From the NCBI GenBank assembly GCA_963711835.1, contig CAVQFQ010000004.1:192001-256000 (forward strand): 64,000 nucleotides of DNA. The letters are read 5' to 3'. Below, one piece after another: positions 29,334-40,434 of this stretch. This DNA comes from an uncultured delta proteobacterium (GTDB lineage: Bacteria > Desulfobacterota > RBG-13-43-22). Positions within the stretch are counted from its first letter, which is position 1; the number at the start of each line of letters is the position of its first letter. Under the pieces are notes generated by a model. It was given only the letters and a program-made list of their open reading frames with translations. It had not been told where the DNA came from and made no database searches. The position numbers were made by a program, and so were the translations under genes.

Positions 29334-30181
29334 AGGTCCCTCCTTTCCTTATCCTCCCAGGCTTCAGGAAAAACCCGGCCTTCAAAAATCAGCTCGACCT
29401 CTCCTTCCAGATAGGCCTGGTCAATCGATTGACCCGGTTTGCCTTCCAGGTAAACGGTCAACCGTTCGCCACCCCTGGTCTGAACCGGGATAGGAGGGGT
29501 AAGGTTATGTCTCAGGTAGGCCAGGGAGGCCGCGGCCACCGCCCCGGTGCCGCAGGCCAGAGTCTCCCCTTCCACGCCCCTTTCATAGGTGCGAATCGAA
29601 AGCACCCCCCCCTCTTTGATCTGGACAAAGTTCACGTTGGTCCCTGCCGGTTGGAACTGGGAATGGAAACGGATCAGGGGGCCCAGGGTCGGCAGATCAA
29701 TCGCCTCCAGATCCTCGACCCAGACCAGGGCATGGGGTACGCCGGTATTGATGAAATCCACGGACTGGAAATCCTGATTCAAAGAGAGGCCTTGATCCAA
29801 ACTCCAGCCTTGGGGAGGAGTCAATTGGATCTTAACTCTGGCCCCGTCCACCCAGGCCCGGATCGGCCCGGCCAGGGTTTCAAAGGTCATCTCTTTTCCG
29901 GCCAGGCCCCGGAGAAAGGCATAACGAGCCACACAGCGGCCCCCGTTCCCGCACATCTCGGCCTCGCTGCCATCGGAATTAAAAAAACGCCACTTGAAAT
30001 CGGCCCGGTCCGAAGGTCCCACCAGGATCAGGCCGTCGGCTCCCACCGAAACCCTCCGGCGGCAAAGGGCCCTGGCCAGGAAAACCATCCGGGAATCGGA
30101 GATCTCTCCGGATCGGTTATCGATCAGGATGAAATCATTTCCCGAGCCGCTCATCTTGGTAATGTTCAGGTTGGTCAGCAT
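29330..30181 (-). CDS. dapF: Diaminopimelate epimerase
   Basis: GSGNDF, EMCGNG, ERGVEGETLACGTG. Confidence 0.97.
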   Translation of the reverse strand: MLTNLNITKMSGSGNDFILIDNRSGEISDSRMVFLARALCRRRVSVGADGLILVGPSDRADFKWRFFNSDGSEAEMCGNGGRCVARYAFLRGLAGKEMTFETLAGPIRAWVDGARVKIQLTPPQGWSLDQGLSLNQDFQSVDFINTGVPHALVWVEDLEAIDLPTLGPLIRFHSQFQPAGTNVNFVQIKEGGVLSIRTYERGVEGETLACGTGAVAAASLAYLRHNLTPPIPVQTRGGERLTVYLEGKPGQSIDQAYLEGEVELIFEGRVFPEAWEDKERRDL

Positions 30182-30186
30182 ATTTT

Positions 30187-31443
30187 TTATTTCAAATGCT
30201 CCGGAATTCTTTCCAGCGCGATCAGTTGGGCATAAGTCTCTCTTTTCCGGATAACATGAAAGGTCCGTCCCGAAACCAGGACCTCGGCCGCCCGGGGCCG
30301 GGAATTATAATTGCTGGACATGACAAACCCGTAAGCGCCGGCACTCATTACGGCCAACAGGTCCCCCGGGGCTGGCAGGGGCAGAAAACGGTCTTTGCCC
30401 AGAAAATCCCCGCTTTCACAGATAGGGCCGACGACATCGGCCTGGATTTTCGGTCCCCGGCGGCGGACCACCGGCTGGATGTAATGGTAGGATCCATACA
30501 ATGAAGGCCGGACCAGATCATTCATGCCGGCATCAACGACAATAAAATTCTTCTCCCCTCCTTTTTTGACATACAGAACCTTGGTCATCAAGATGCCGGC
30601 ATTCCCGACAATGACCCGCCCGGGCTCCAGAATCAGGGTAAAGGGAGCACGTCCCAGGGCCTTGATGACCGACCGGGCATACTCCCTGGGATGAGGCGGC
30701 TCCTCCTGATCATAGGTAATGCCCAGCCCTCCCCCCAGATCGACATACTCAATCCGTATATCCAGGATTTCCAGTTGGTCAATCAATCCCTTTAGTTTCT
30801 GAATGGCTTCAAGAAACGGGGAGGTCAGCAGCAACTGGGAGCCGATATGGCAATCCACCCCTATGACCTTCAGGTGGGAAAGCTCCTTGGCCAGGCGGTA
30901 CTCTTCCAGGGATTGTTGGATATCAATGCCGAATTTATTTTTCTTTAATCCGGTAGAGATATAGGGATGGGTTTTAGGATCAATGTCCGGATTGACCCGA
31001 ACCGCAATAGGGGCCTTTTTCTTCATCCTTCCGGCGATCTGGTTTATAAAACGCAGTTCTTCAGGCGATTCGACATTCAGCAACAAGATTCCTTGGTTTA
31101 AGGCATACCGGATCTCTTCCTCGGTCTTACCCACTCCCGAGTAAACGATCCGTTCCGGCGGGATGCCTGCTTTTAAGGCCCGGTACAACTCTCCTCCGGA
31201 CACAATATCCGCTCCGCCCCCCAAACGGGCGAACAGGCGCAGAAGACTCAGGTTCGAATTGGCCTTTTGGGCATAACAGGTCAGATGGGCAATCCGGGAA
31301 AAGGATTGGTCGAAGGTCTTGAAATGATGTTCTAAGGTGGCCTGGCTGTAAATATAACAGGGGGTCCCTACCTGCCGGATAAGATCGGGAAGGGGGATTT
31401 CTTCGGCAAATAACAGGCCGTTATGATACTGAAAATGATGCAT
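30187..31443 (-). CDS. lysA: Diaminopimelate decarboxylase
   Basis: YAQKAN, KFG, HIGSQ, EPGR, GPICESGD, YNSRPR. Confidence 0.97.
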   Translation of the reverse strand: MHHFQYHNGLLFAEEIPLPDLIRQVGTPCYIYSQATLEHHFKTFDQSFSRIAHLTCYAQKANSNLSLLRLFARLGGGADIVSGGELYRALKAGIPPERIVYSGVGKTEEEIRYALNQGILLLNVESPEELRFINQIAGRMKKKAPIAVRVNPDIDPKTHPYISTGLKKNKFGIDIQQSLEEYRLAKELSHLKVIGVDCHIGSQLLLTSPFLEAIQKLKGLIDQLEILDIRIEYVDLGGGLGITYDQEEPPHPREYARSVIKALGRAPFTLILEPGRVIVGNAGILMTKVLYVKKGGEKNFIVVDAGMNDLVRPSLYGSYHYIQPVVRRRGPKIQADVVGPICESGDFLGKDRFLPLPAPGDLLAVMSAGAYGFVMSSNYNSRPRAAEVLVSGRTFHVIRKRETYAQLIALERIPEHLK

Positions 31444-31454
31444 CGGACTTCACC

Positions 31455-32540
31455 TTAGGGGTTAAAAATGAGCTCGATTTCTTTGGAACGCGGCCCCTCG
31501 GTCCGGGCCGGGGGAACACCGACGGCGCTGATGGAATAAAAATAAACCCTTCCCGGCACGACCGGACGGTCCTCAAAAATAGGCTCGGTGAGGGGATCTT
31601 TGGTCAGGCGTCTGGGGGACTTTTCCCCTTGGGTCCGCCGGTAAACATGGTAGCCTTTTACCGCGGCCGAATCGGCCGCCTGCCATCGAATCTGGACCGC
31701 GGCAGCCAGGGAGACGGCCACCATTTCCTGGATCGTAGGCAGGGATACCAGAGGCTTAAAAAGCTCGGTTTTTTCTTCCGAACCTTCGCTTTCCAGGAAG
31801 TTGCCGTTGATACGTCTGACGGCTTTGACCTGATAGCTGTAAGCCATTGCTTCCTGCAAGCCCTTGTCCAGAAAACGGGGTGATTCAAGGGGCTGCTCGG
31901 CCACCCTTTCCCAGGCCTTTTGAGAGCTCCGACGGTAGAGGGCATAGCCGGCCAATCCTTCGGCCGCTGACCCGTCGACTAAAGAGTTCGGGGGAATCCA
32001 GGAAACCTCTAAGCCTTGTTCCACGTTTCTTACCTGGACCCCTGTGGGAGGCTTCAAGGGCAAGGCCCAGGCCACCTTGAGGGTCTTGGAGGGTTCACCG
32101 GGGATTTCCTTTTTATTCACGGCCTGGACCTGGAAAAGGTAAACGTGGTCCGGTTTGAGTTGGTCGTAGGTCACCTGGACCTGATTCGGTTCGACCGTTA
32201 TGCCCGGCAGCTCGGGGCCCTTGAGATCAACCCAGAGGGTGTCTTGAAATTGATCGGGGCAGGTTGCGCAATAGGTCCTGGTCGGCCACTCTCCCTTCCG
32301 TACCCGGAACCCCTTCAAATCCATCAGGGGGCTCCCATCCGTATTTTGAGAGGGCACGGTCCAGATAACCGACAAGGACCGGCCCCTGACCTGATACCTG
32401 ACATCTTCCGCGCTGTTGGGAACGACACTAATCGGCGCCACCGGATTGGTTTTCTTCCCGCAGGCCGAAAATAAGCCCAGGATCACCAAACCGGACAGGA
32501 TCCAGGGCAGGGCTTTTTTTCTGAGGATTACGCTTGCCAT
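31455..32540 (-). CDS. Lipoprotein with LptM-like N-terminal motif and about three fibronectin type III-like domains
   Basis: Lipobox FSAC followed by GKKTNPVAP; repeated W...GY.(V/L)YR...Y.Y.(V/I).AV pattern. Confidence 0.7.
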   Translation of the reverse strand: MASVILRKKALPWILSGLVILGLFSACGKKTNPVAPISVVPNSAEDVRYQVRGRSLSVIWTVPSQNTDGSPLMDLKGFRVRKGEWPTRTYCATCPDQFQDTLWVDLKGPELPGITVEPNQVQVTYDQLKPDHVYLFQVQAVNKKEIPGEPSKTLKVAWALPLKPPTGVQVRNVEQGLEVSWIPPNSLVDGSAAEGLAGYALYRRSSQKAWERVAEQPLESPRFLDKGLQEAMAYSYQVKAVRRINGNFLESEGSEEKTELFKPLVSLPTIQEMVAVSLAAAVQIRWQAADSAAVKGYHVYRRTQGEKSPRRLTKDPLTEPIFEDRPVVPGRVYFYSISAVGVPPARTEGPRSKEIELIFNP

Positions 32541-33937
32541 ATTCTTTTCTCCATCTTCCGCAGGGCCTTTTGGACCTGTTTCGGGGAGGTCCCTCCCAGG
32601 GTGTCTCTGCGGCTTAGAGCCGCTTGCAGATTCAAGGCCGAGGATACATCCGCTTCAAAGGCCGGGTGGAATTTTTTCAGAACCGTCAGGGGCAGGTCCT
32701 TTAATTCAAGGTCCCGCTCCTGGGCATAGGCCACAATCCGGCCTATCACATGGTGCGCCTTTCTGAAATCGACCCCCTTCCCGGCCAGGTAGTCGGCCAG
32801 ATCGGTAGCCAGAAGAAAACCCTTCCGGGTCGCCTCCTCCATCCGGTCGCCTTTAAAACGCAGCTGCGGATACAAGGCTCCCAAGAGCCGGGTGGAGGCC
32901 GCCAAGGTATCAACCGTGTCAAAGACCGCCTCTTTGTCTTCCTGGAGATCCCGGTTGTAGGTCAACGGCAGGCCCTTCATGACCGTCAACAGGCCCATCA
33001 GATGGCCGTAAACCCGCCCGGTTTTTCCCCGGATCAACTCCGGTACATCGGGGTTCTTCTTCTGGGGCATGATACTGCTGCCGGTACAAAAGGCATCACT
33101 GATGGCCACAAAATCAAATTCGGCGCTGGCCCAGAGAATCAATTCCTCGGCCATCCTGGAATAGTGCATCATCAACAAGGCTCCGGCCGACAGAAACTCC
33201 AGCGCAAAATCCCGGTCACTGACCGCATCCATGCTGTTTGAGGCCATCTCTTCAAAACCCAATTCAGCAGCCACATAGGCCCGGTCAATAGGGAAGGTGG
33301 TCCCGGCCAGAGCGGCGCTCCCCAAGGGCAGACTGTTGACCCGTTTCAGCACCTGGCTCAAACGCTGCTGGTCCCGATCCAGCATCTCCAGGTAGGCCAG
33401 GAGGTGATGGCTCAGCAAGACCGGTTGGGCCCGCTGTAAATGGGTATAACCGGGCAGGACCCAGTGACCCTGGTCCTTGGCCAGGTCCAGCAAGGCCTGT
33501 TGGAGCTGCCTGAGGTCTTTCTTCAAGGCCTGAACCCGGTCTCTCAGGTAGAGGCGCAAGTCCAGGGCGACCTGGTCGTTTCGACTTCGGGCGGTATGAA
33601 GTTTCCCCCCGACCGCTCCTATTTTCCGGGACAGCCTTTTCTCCACAAACATGTGGATGTCCTCATCTTCTATGGGAAAGACCAGCTTTCCCTCCTCCCA
33701 TTCCCGGGAAATGGCCTTAAGGCCTTTCAGGATCTGCCGGGCTTCCCGGCCGGAAAGGATCCCCTGCCTGGCCAGCATCCTGACATGAGCCCGGCTTCCT
33801 TCCAGATCATAGGGCAAGAGCCGGAAGTCAAAGGGCAGCGAGGCGGTAAAGGCTTCCACTAAAGGATCCAGGGCCTGCGAGAACCTGCCGGCCCAGAGTT
33901 TCTTCGAACCGGATCGGGGTGAGGGAGATTTTTTCAT
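32528..33937 (-). CDS. argH: Argininosuccinate lyase
   Basis: [31 protein letters not shown]. Confidence 0.97.
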   Translation of the reverse strand: MKKSPSPRSGSKKLWAGRFSQALDPLVEAFTASLPFDFRLLPYDLEGSRAHVRMLARQGILSGREARQILKGLKAISREWEEGKLVFPIEDEDIHMFVEKRLSRKIGAVGGKLHTARSRNDQVALDLRLYLRDRVQALKKDLRQLQQALLDLAKDQGHWVLPGYTHLQRAQPVLLSHHLLAYLEMLDRDQQRLSQVLKRVNSLPLGSAALAGTTFPIDRAYVAAELGFEEMASNSMDAVSDRDFALEFLSAGALLMMHYSRMAEELILWASAEFDFVAISDAFCTGSSIMPQKKNPDVPELIRGKTGRVYGHLMGLLTVMKGLPLTYNRDLQEDKEAVFDTVDTLAASTRLLGALYPQLRFKGDRMEEATRKGFLLATDLADYLAGKGVDFRKAHHVIGRIVAYAQERDLELKDLPLTVLKKFHPAFEADVSSALNLQAALSRRDTLGGTSPKQVQKALRKMEKRIWQA

Positions 33938-35128
33938 GGTTTTTTCGCGCTGAGGTTTTGGATCTTAAGACGCAGTCCGTTGAGCCGGATGAATCCCTCG
34001 GCGTCTTTTTGCCGGTAAACATTTTCTTCTTCAAAGGTAGCGAAATCGGTGCGGTAGAGGGACTGCTCCGATTTCCGTCCCGCCAAGATGGCATTTCCCT
34101 TATAGAGTTTCAAACGCACCACACCCGAGACCCGGACCTGGGCCTCGTCCATCAATTTTTGGAGGAGTTCCCGTTCCGGTGAGAACCAGTACCCATAATA
34201 GATCAATTCCGAATAACGGGGGATCAGGGAATCCCGCAGGTGCATGACCTCCCGATCCAGGGTCAGGGATTCCAGGGCCTGGTGGGCCGTCCGAATCAGG
34301 GTTCCCCCGGGGGTCTCATATACCCCTCGGGATTTTATGCCCACATAGCGGTTTTCAACTAAATCGACCCGTCCGATCCCGTGTTTTCCGCCTATGCGAT
34401 TCAGATGCGACAACAACTCAGCCGGTTTCAGTCCGACCCTGGTCCACCGCCACCGGGTCTCCCCGTTCGAAAGTAATTTCGCAATATTCGGGTTTCTCGG
34501 GAGCCTTTTCGGGAGAGGCGGTCATTTGAAACATCTCTTCAGGAGGCTCCATCCAGGGATCCTCTAAGATACCGCCCTCATAACTGATGTGCAGCAGATT
34601 GGGGTCCGAGCTGTACGGCCTTTCCTTGGTAATCGGGATGGGAATGCCCTGTTTTTTGGCATAGGCGATCAGGGCGGAACGGGAATTCAAATCCCATTCC
34701 CTCCAGGGGGCGATTATTTTCAAGGCCGGGTTTAAGGCCATATAGGTCAGCTCAAAGCGGACCTGGTCGTTTCCTTTTCCGGTGGCTCCATGGCTGACCG
34801 CCTCCGCCCCCTCGGCCTCGGCAATGGCCACCTGGTGTTTGGCAATAACCGGACGGGCCAGGGAAGTCCCCAGTAAATAGAACTGCTCATAGGCCGCATT
34901 GGCCCGGAAAGCCGGAAATACGTACTGGCGGACAAATTCCTCCCGGAGGTCCTTGACCACAAATTTAGAGGCCCCGGTTTGAAGGGCCTTTTTCTCGATG
35001 GCTTCCCAATCCTCAACATGGCCCAGGTCGGCTGAAAAGGCAATCACCTCCGATTGATAGGTTTCCTGAAGCCACTTTAAAATGACCGAGGTGTCCAGGC
35101 CCCCGGAATACGCCAAGACAATCTTCAT
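33934..35128 (-). CDS. argG: Argininosuccinate synthase, split by a +1 frameshift near 34438
   Basis: [22 protein letters not shown] in ORF 34418-35128; [14 protein letters not shown] in ORF 33934-34416; removing one G from CAGGGTC joins them. Confidence 0.92.
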
Positions 35129-35155
35129 GAGTTCTTTCTCTCCTTAATAATATCC

Positions 35156-36079
35156 TTAACCCCCCAGGCCCTTTCGGCCTTGGAGGATGAATTCCAGCAG
35201 GGCCTTATGGACATGCATCTTGTTCTCGGCCTGATCAAAAACCGCCGAACGGGGTCCCTCCAGGACCTCCTCGGTTATCTCCTCCCCCCGGTGAGCCGGC
35301 AGACAATGGAGTACAAAGCAGTCCTTATGGGCCTGTTCCAATAGTCGGGCATTCAACTGGAAGGTCTTGAAAAATTTGATCCGTTCGGCCGCCTGGTCTT
35401 CCTGTCCCATGCTGGCCCAGACATCGGTATTGATCACCCGGGCCCCCCGGACGGCCTCCAGAGGTTCCTGGGTCACCGTGATTCGTTCCCCGGCCAGCTC
35501 CTTGGCCCATTGCCGGATCTCCTTTTGAGGTTCAAATCCCCGAGGACAGGCCATCACGAGTTGGAAGGGAAAACGGCAGGCCGCCTCCATCCAGGAATGG
35601 GCGACATTATTGCCGTCGCCCAGCCAGGCGATCTTCAGGCCCTCCAGATCTCCGAGCCGTTCCCAGATGGTAAAGAGGTCGCTCAGGATTTGGGCCGGAT
35701 GAAAAAGATCGCTTAAGGCATTGATCACCGGGACAGCCGAATATTGGGCCAGTTCCTCGATGATCCGGTGCGAAAAGGTCCGGACGACCAGGAGATCCAG
35801 ATAACGGGAGAGCACCCGGGCCGTGTCTTTTAACGGCTCATTCCGGGTCATCTGGGTATCCCGGCTGCTGATAAAAAGGGGATGCCCGCCGGTCTGAAGG
35901 ACGGCCACCTCGAAGGAGACCCGGGTCCGGGTAGATGGTTTCTCAAAGAGCAGCCCGACGGCTTTCCCGTTTAAAGGACGATCCGAAACCAGGCCTTTTT
36001 TATATTCAGCGGCCCTTTTCCAGATCGAGGTCATCTCATCCGAGGTCAGGTCCCAGAGGCGTAAAAAATCCTTCTTCAT
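35156..36079 (-). CDS. argF: Ornithine carbamoyltransferase
   Basis: STRTRVSF, HPAQ, DVWASMG, HCLP. Confidence 0.96.
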   Translation of the reverse strand: MKKDFLRLWDLTSDEMTSIWKRAAEYKKGLVSDRPLNGKAVGLLFEKPSTRTRVSFEVAVLQTGGHPLFISSRDTQMTRNEPLKDTARVLSRYLDLLVVRTFSHRIIEELAQYSAVPVINALSDLFHPAQILSDLFTIWERLGDLEGLKIAWLGDGNNVAHSWMEAACRFPFQLVMACPRGFEPQKEIRQWAKELAGERITVTQEPLEAVRGARVINTDVWASMGQEDQAAERIKFFKTFQLNARLLEQAHKDCFVLHCLPAHRGEEITEEVLEGPRSAVFDQAENKMHVHKALLEFILQGRKGLGG

Positions 36080-37312
36080 GCTTTTCCCATTTCTTTAAAC
36101 AAACAGCCTAAAGTCTTCACCAGGGCATCAACGGCTTCCCGGTCGATAATCAGGGGCGGCGTAAAGCGAAGCACCGTATCCTGCGTGCAATTGATTAAAA
36201 ATCCATTTTCCAGGCAGGCCTGAACCAGGGGTTTTCCCGGACCGTCCAGGGCCATCCCAAGAAGCAGTCCCAACCCTCTTATCTCCAGAATGGCGGGAAA
36301 TTCCTCCTTCAAGGCGATCAGGCGGTCCTTTAAAGTATTCTCCCATCTTTTTCACCCGGGCCAAAAAGCCTTCCTCCAGGATAACCGAGAGCACGGTCCG
36401 GGCCACAGCGGTGACCAGATGATTTCCGCCGAAGGTCGCGGCATGGGACCCCGGTTGGAAGGCCCGGGCCACTTCGTCCGTGGCCAACAAAGCTCCGATC
36501 GGCAAGCCATTGGCCAGGGCCTTGGCCAGGGTCATGATATCCGGGGTAAACCCGAATTGCTCATGGGCAAACAGGCTGCCGGTTCGGCCCAGACCGGTCT
36601 GGACCTCATCTAGGATCAGAAGGGCTTGTCTTTCCCCACAGCGTTGCTTAACGGCCTTTAAATAATCCTGGGCCGGGACCCGGATGCCTCCCTCTCCCTG
36701 GATCGGCTCCAAAAAGACGGCGCAGACGGTTTCATCCCAGGCCTGATCCAGGGCCGCCAGGTCGTCGAAGGGGACAAAAACAAAACCCGGCAGCAGCGGG
36801 CCGAAGCCCTTTTGGAATTTATCCTGGCCGGTAGCCGAGAGAGATCCTAGGGTCCGGCCGTGGAAACTGTTCTTCATGCAAATGATGGTGGTCCGATCCG
36901 GGCCGAACCGTTCCGTTCCAAAGCGCCGGGCCAACTTGATGGCCCCTTCATTAGCCTCCGTGCCGCTGTTACAGAAAAAGGCCTTATCGGCAAAAGAATG
37001 CGTAGTCAAAAGTTCGGCCAGGGCCACCTGGGGTTCTATGTGATAAAGATTGGAGGTATGAAAAATCATTTCAGACTGGACCTTAATGGCCTCCACCACC
37101 CGGGGATGATTATGCCCCAGGGCGGTAACCGCAATACCGGCCGTGAAATCCAGATAAGCCTTTCCTTCTTTATCCCAGACTTGGCAGCCTTGACCTCTTT
37201 CCAATACCAGGGGGGTCCGGGCGTAGGTATTCATCAGGACCTTTTCCGCCCTTTCGATGACCTCCATGGTAGAACTTGAATCTTTCATCGTCTCCCTGTC
37301 GTTTTTTTGCAT
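36076..37312 (-). CDS. argD: Acetylornithine aminotransferase, +1 frameshift near 36330
   Basis: [25 protein letters not shown]; the C-terminus ([15 protein letters not shown]) is in another frame. Confidence 0.92.
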
Positions 37313-37313
37313 A

Positions 37314-37356
37314 GGCTCTGAGCTGTCAGCTATCAGCTTATGAGCTATGAGCTAAT
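37314..37356. repeat. Heptamer array (AGCTATC-like) at the argB/argD junction
   Basis: GGCTCTG AGCTGTC AGCTATC AGCTTATG AGCTATG AGCTAAT; same unit as 27727-27761. Confidence 0.75.
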
Positions 37357-38247
37357 GATTTCCGTCCCCACCCCGCTGTCGGTGAACAGTTCCAACAGAA
37401 GGGCGTTTTCTACCCGGCCGTCGATGATATGGGCCTTTTCCACGCCCTGGGCCAGGGCTTCCAGACAACAATTGACCTTGGGGATCATCCCTCCGGCAAT
37501 CGTCCCGTCAGCCAGCAAACCGGGGATATCGGCGGCTTTCAGGGAAGGGATCAAGCGGCCTTTCCGATCTTTGACCCCTTCCACATCGGTCAACAGGATC
37601 AGTTTGGGGGCCTTTAAGGCCGCCGCCACCCGGCCGGCGACCAGATCGGCGTTGATATTATAGGTCCTTCCCTGCCGTCCGACCCCGATCGGTGCGATGA
37701 CCGGGATAAAATTATGATCTTCCAGGGTCCGGATGATCTCGGTATTGACCTCAATGACCTCACCGACCATGCCGATATCCATCAACTCCGGGGGATCTTC
37801 GGGGCCTCGGCTCGTGAAGACCTTCATTTTCTGAGCCAGGATGAGCTGGCCGTCCTTACCGCTCAAACCAATGGCCTTGCCGCCCTGTTGATTGATCAGA
37901 TGGACGATCTCCTTATTGACCTTCCCTCCCAGCACCATTTCGACCACATCCATGGTCCGGCTGTCTGTAACCCGGACGCCCTGGACAAACCGGGAGGTAA
38001 TGTGCATCTCATCCAGAACTTTTTTTATCTGAGGTCCCCCGCCGTGCACCACCACCGGATTAAGACCGATGTATTTCATGAGGACAATACTCTTGGCAAA
38101 GCTGTTTTTGAGCGTTTCATCCACCATGGCATGGCCGCCGTATTTGATCACCATGGTCTGATGATAGAAGCGGCGGATGTACGGCAAGGCTTCCATCAGG
38201 ATGGCCGCCTTTTCCCCAAAAGTCTGCTGGTCTTTATTCTTAGCCAT
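37345..38247 (-). CDS. argB: Acetylglutamate kinase
   Basis: [23 protein letters not shown]. Confidence 0.97.
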   Translation of the reverse strand: MAKNKDQQTFGEKAAILMEALPYIRRFYHQTMVIKYGGHAMVDETLKNSFAKSIVLMKYIGLNPVVVHGGGPQIKKVLDEMHITSRFVQGVRVTDSRTMDVVEMVLGGKVNKEIVHLINQQGGKAIGLSGKDGQLILAQKMKVFTSRGPEDPPELMDIGMVGEVIEVNTEIIRTLEDHNFIPVIAPIGVGRQGRTYNINADLVAGRVAAALKAPKLILLTDVEGVKDRKGRLIPSLKAADIPGLLADGTIAGGMIPKVNCCLEALAQGVEKAHIIDGRVENALLLELFTDSGVGTEIISS

Positions 38248-38266
38248 AGTTGCTAACGGCCTCTGT

Positions 38267-38502
38267 TCTGAGAATTTATCTCTATCAGGTGTAGGGGGGT
38301 CCTATTTTTTAAGTTGTCCAAAGGGTGATTAAGAGCCCCCAATCCGGCCCGAATAGCTAAGATCATTTGAGAGCAGGGCCTTCACCTTAGCCCATTGCCA
38401 GCTCAGGTATAGGCCTGCTTCCAAAACAGGTTCCGACCTTGGTCCGGCAAAGAAGTTCAGGGCTTTATGGTGGACAACTTAAAAATAGGACCCCCCTACA
38501 CC
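38267..38502. mobile_element. Dispersed IR-cassette element, copy 2 (IRs at 38288-38320 and 38471-38502)
   Basis: Arms identical except for one base in the T/A run; core homologous to copy 1; partial left flank TCTGAGAATTTATCTCT. Confidence 0.8.
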
Positions 38503-38524
38503 ATTCCCTGCTCCCAAACCTCTT

Positions 38525-39904
38525 TTACAGGATATACCGGCTTAAATCCTCGTCCTCTTCAATAGAGGACAACTTATCCTTCACATACTGGGCCGTCACG
38601 GTAAACTCCTTTATGGCCAGCTCGGGGGCTTCAAAGGATAAAGTATCCAGGAGCTTTTCCATCACGGTATGAAGCCGGCGGGCACCGATGTTTTCTGTCC
38701 GCTGGTTGACGGTAAAGGCAATCCGGGCAATCTCGGCCACGGCCTCCGCTAAAAAGGTCAGGCTGATCCCCTCGGTTTTCATCAGCTCCCGGTACTGGGT
38801 GATCAGGGCCGACTGGGGTTCGGTCAGGATCCGAATAAATTCCATCTGCCCCAAGGAATCCAGTTCCACCCGGATGGGAAAGCGCCCCTGCAATTCCGGA
38901 ATGAGGTCCGAGGGTTTGGCATTGTGAAAAGCCCCGGAAGCGATGAAAAGGATGTGATCCGTTTTCACCATCCCGTATTTGGTCGTTACGGTGGACCCCT
39001 CAACGATCGGAAGCAAATCCCGCTGCACCCCTTCCCGGGAGACATCCGGTCCCTGGTGGGAACCCCGTCCGGCAATCTTGTCGATCTCATCCAGGAATAT
39101 AATCCCGGTTTGCTCGATTTTTCGGATGGCTTCCTCCGTGACCTTGTCCATATCGATCAGGCGCTGGGATTCTTCCTGGACCAGGATCTCATAGGCCTCG
39201 GGGACCTTGACCTTGCGACGCCTGGTTTTTTTAGGGAAGAGGTTGCCAAACATGTCTTTGAGATTGAGGTCCATCTCCTCAACGCCTACGTTGGAAAAGA
39301 TTTCCATCATGGGGACGGCCCGCTGGCTGACTTCCAGGTCCACAAACCGCTCGGCCAGCTTCCCTTCCTGGAACAGGGAACGCAACTTATCCCGGGTGGA
39401 CAAGGGCTCGGGAGCCGGCCGTTTAACGACCTCCAGGATCTTTTCCTGCCCCCCGGCCTCTTCCGGCTTGGGGGTCTCGGTTTTGGGAGGCAACAACAGA
39501 TCCAGGAGCCGCTCCTCCCCAATCTCCCTGGCCTTGGCCATCACATTTTGTTTCTCTTCGGCCTTGACCATATTCACCGCCAGTTCGGTCAGGTCCCGGA
39601 CCATGGACTCCACATCCCTGCCCACATAGCCGACCTCGGTGAATTTGGTCACCTCCACCTTCAGAAAAGGGGATTGAGCCAGACGCGCCAGACGCCGGGC
39701 AATTTCCGTTTTCCCGACCCCGGTAGGCCCGATCATGATAATATTCTTTGGTGAAATTTCATCCCGGATCGCTTCATCCACCTGCTGTCTTCGCCAACGG
39801 TTCCGCAGGGCAATGGCCACGGTTCGTTTGGCCGCTTCCTGGCCGACAATATATTTATCCAGTTCGGAGACGATCTCCCTGGGGGTGAGGTAATCTTTAA
39901 ACAA
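38525..39904 (-). CDS. hslU: ATP-dependent protease ATPase subunit HslU
   Basis: [35 protein letters not shown]. Confidence 0.97.
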   Translation of the reverse strand: MFKDYLTPREIVSELDKYIVGQEAAKRTVAIALRNRWRRQQVDEAIRDEISPKNIIMIGPTGVGKTEIARRLARLAQSPFLKVEVTKFTEVGYVGRDVESMVRDLTELAVNMVKAEEKQNVMAKAREIGEERLLDLLLPPKTETPKPEEAGGQEKILEVVKRPAPEPLSTRDKLRSLFQEGKLAERFVDLEVSQRAVPMMEIFSNVGVEEMDLNLKDMFGNLFPKKTRRRKVKVPEAYEILVQEESQRLIDMDKVTEEAIRKIEQTGIIFLDEIDKIAGRGSHQGPDVSREGVQRDLLPIVEGSTVTTKYGMVKTDHILFIASGAFHNAKPSDLIPELQGRFPIRVELDSLGQMEFIRILTEPQSALITQYRELMKTEGISLTFLAEAVAEIARIAFTVNQRTENIGARRLHTVMEKLLDTLSFEAPELAIKEFTVTAQYVKDKLSSIEEDEDLSRYIL

Positions 39905-39905
39905 A

Positions 39906-40433
39906 TTATAACTCCTCTAAGACAATCTGTTCATTAGTATAAATACACAGGGAGGCGGCGATCTTCATCGCCTCCAGGGCAATCTCCGAGGCCGAAAGGG
40001 TCGAAAAACGGCACAGAGCCTTAACCGCGGCCAGGGCATAAGGCCCGCCGGAGCCGATGGCCGCCACATCGTCATCCGGTTCCATGACGTCTCCGGTTCC
40101 GGAAAGAATCAGGATATGGTCCTGATCGGCGGCGATCAGCAAGGCCTCCAGGCGACGCAGAATTTTGTCGGTCCGCCAGTCTTTGGCCAATTCTACGGCG
40201 GCCCGGGTCAGGTTGCCGTTGAACTGTTCCAGTTTGGCCTCTAATTTTTCAAATAAGGTTAAGGCGTCGGCCGTGGCCCCGGCAAAACCGGCGACGATCC
40301 GGTCATGATACATGCGGCGTATCTTTTTGGCCCGGTGCTTCATGACGGTTTGCCCCAGGGTCACCTGGCCGTCTCCGGCGATTACAACCCGGCCCTGATG
40401 GCGAAGGGCCAATACCGTGGTTCCGTGAAACAT
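39906..40433 (-). CDS. hslV: ATP-dependent protease subunit HslV
   Basis: [24 protein letters not shown]. Confidence 0.97.
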   Translation of the reverse strand: MFHGTTVLALRHQGRVVIAGDGQVTLGQTVMKHRAKKIRRMYHDRIVAGFAGATADALTLFEKLEAKLEQFNGNLTRAAVELAKDWRTDKILRRLEALLIAADQDHILILSGTGDVMEPDDDVAAIGSGGPYALAAVKALCRFSTLSASEIALEAMKIAASLCIYTNEQIVLEEL

Positions 40434-40434
40434 A

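Noticed and set aside
34418-34420. Selenocysteine or stop read-through at the TGA ending the argG 5' ORF
   Set aside because: The downstream homology is in a different frame, so this is a frameshift, not an in-frame TGA.
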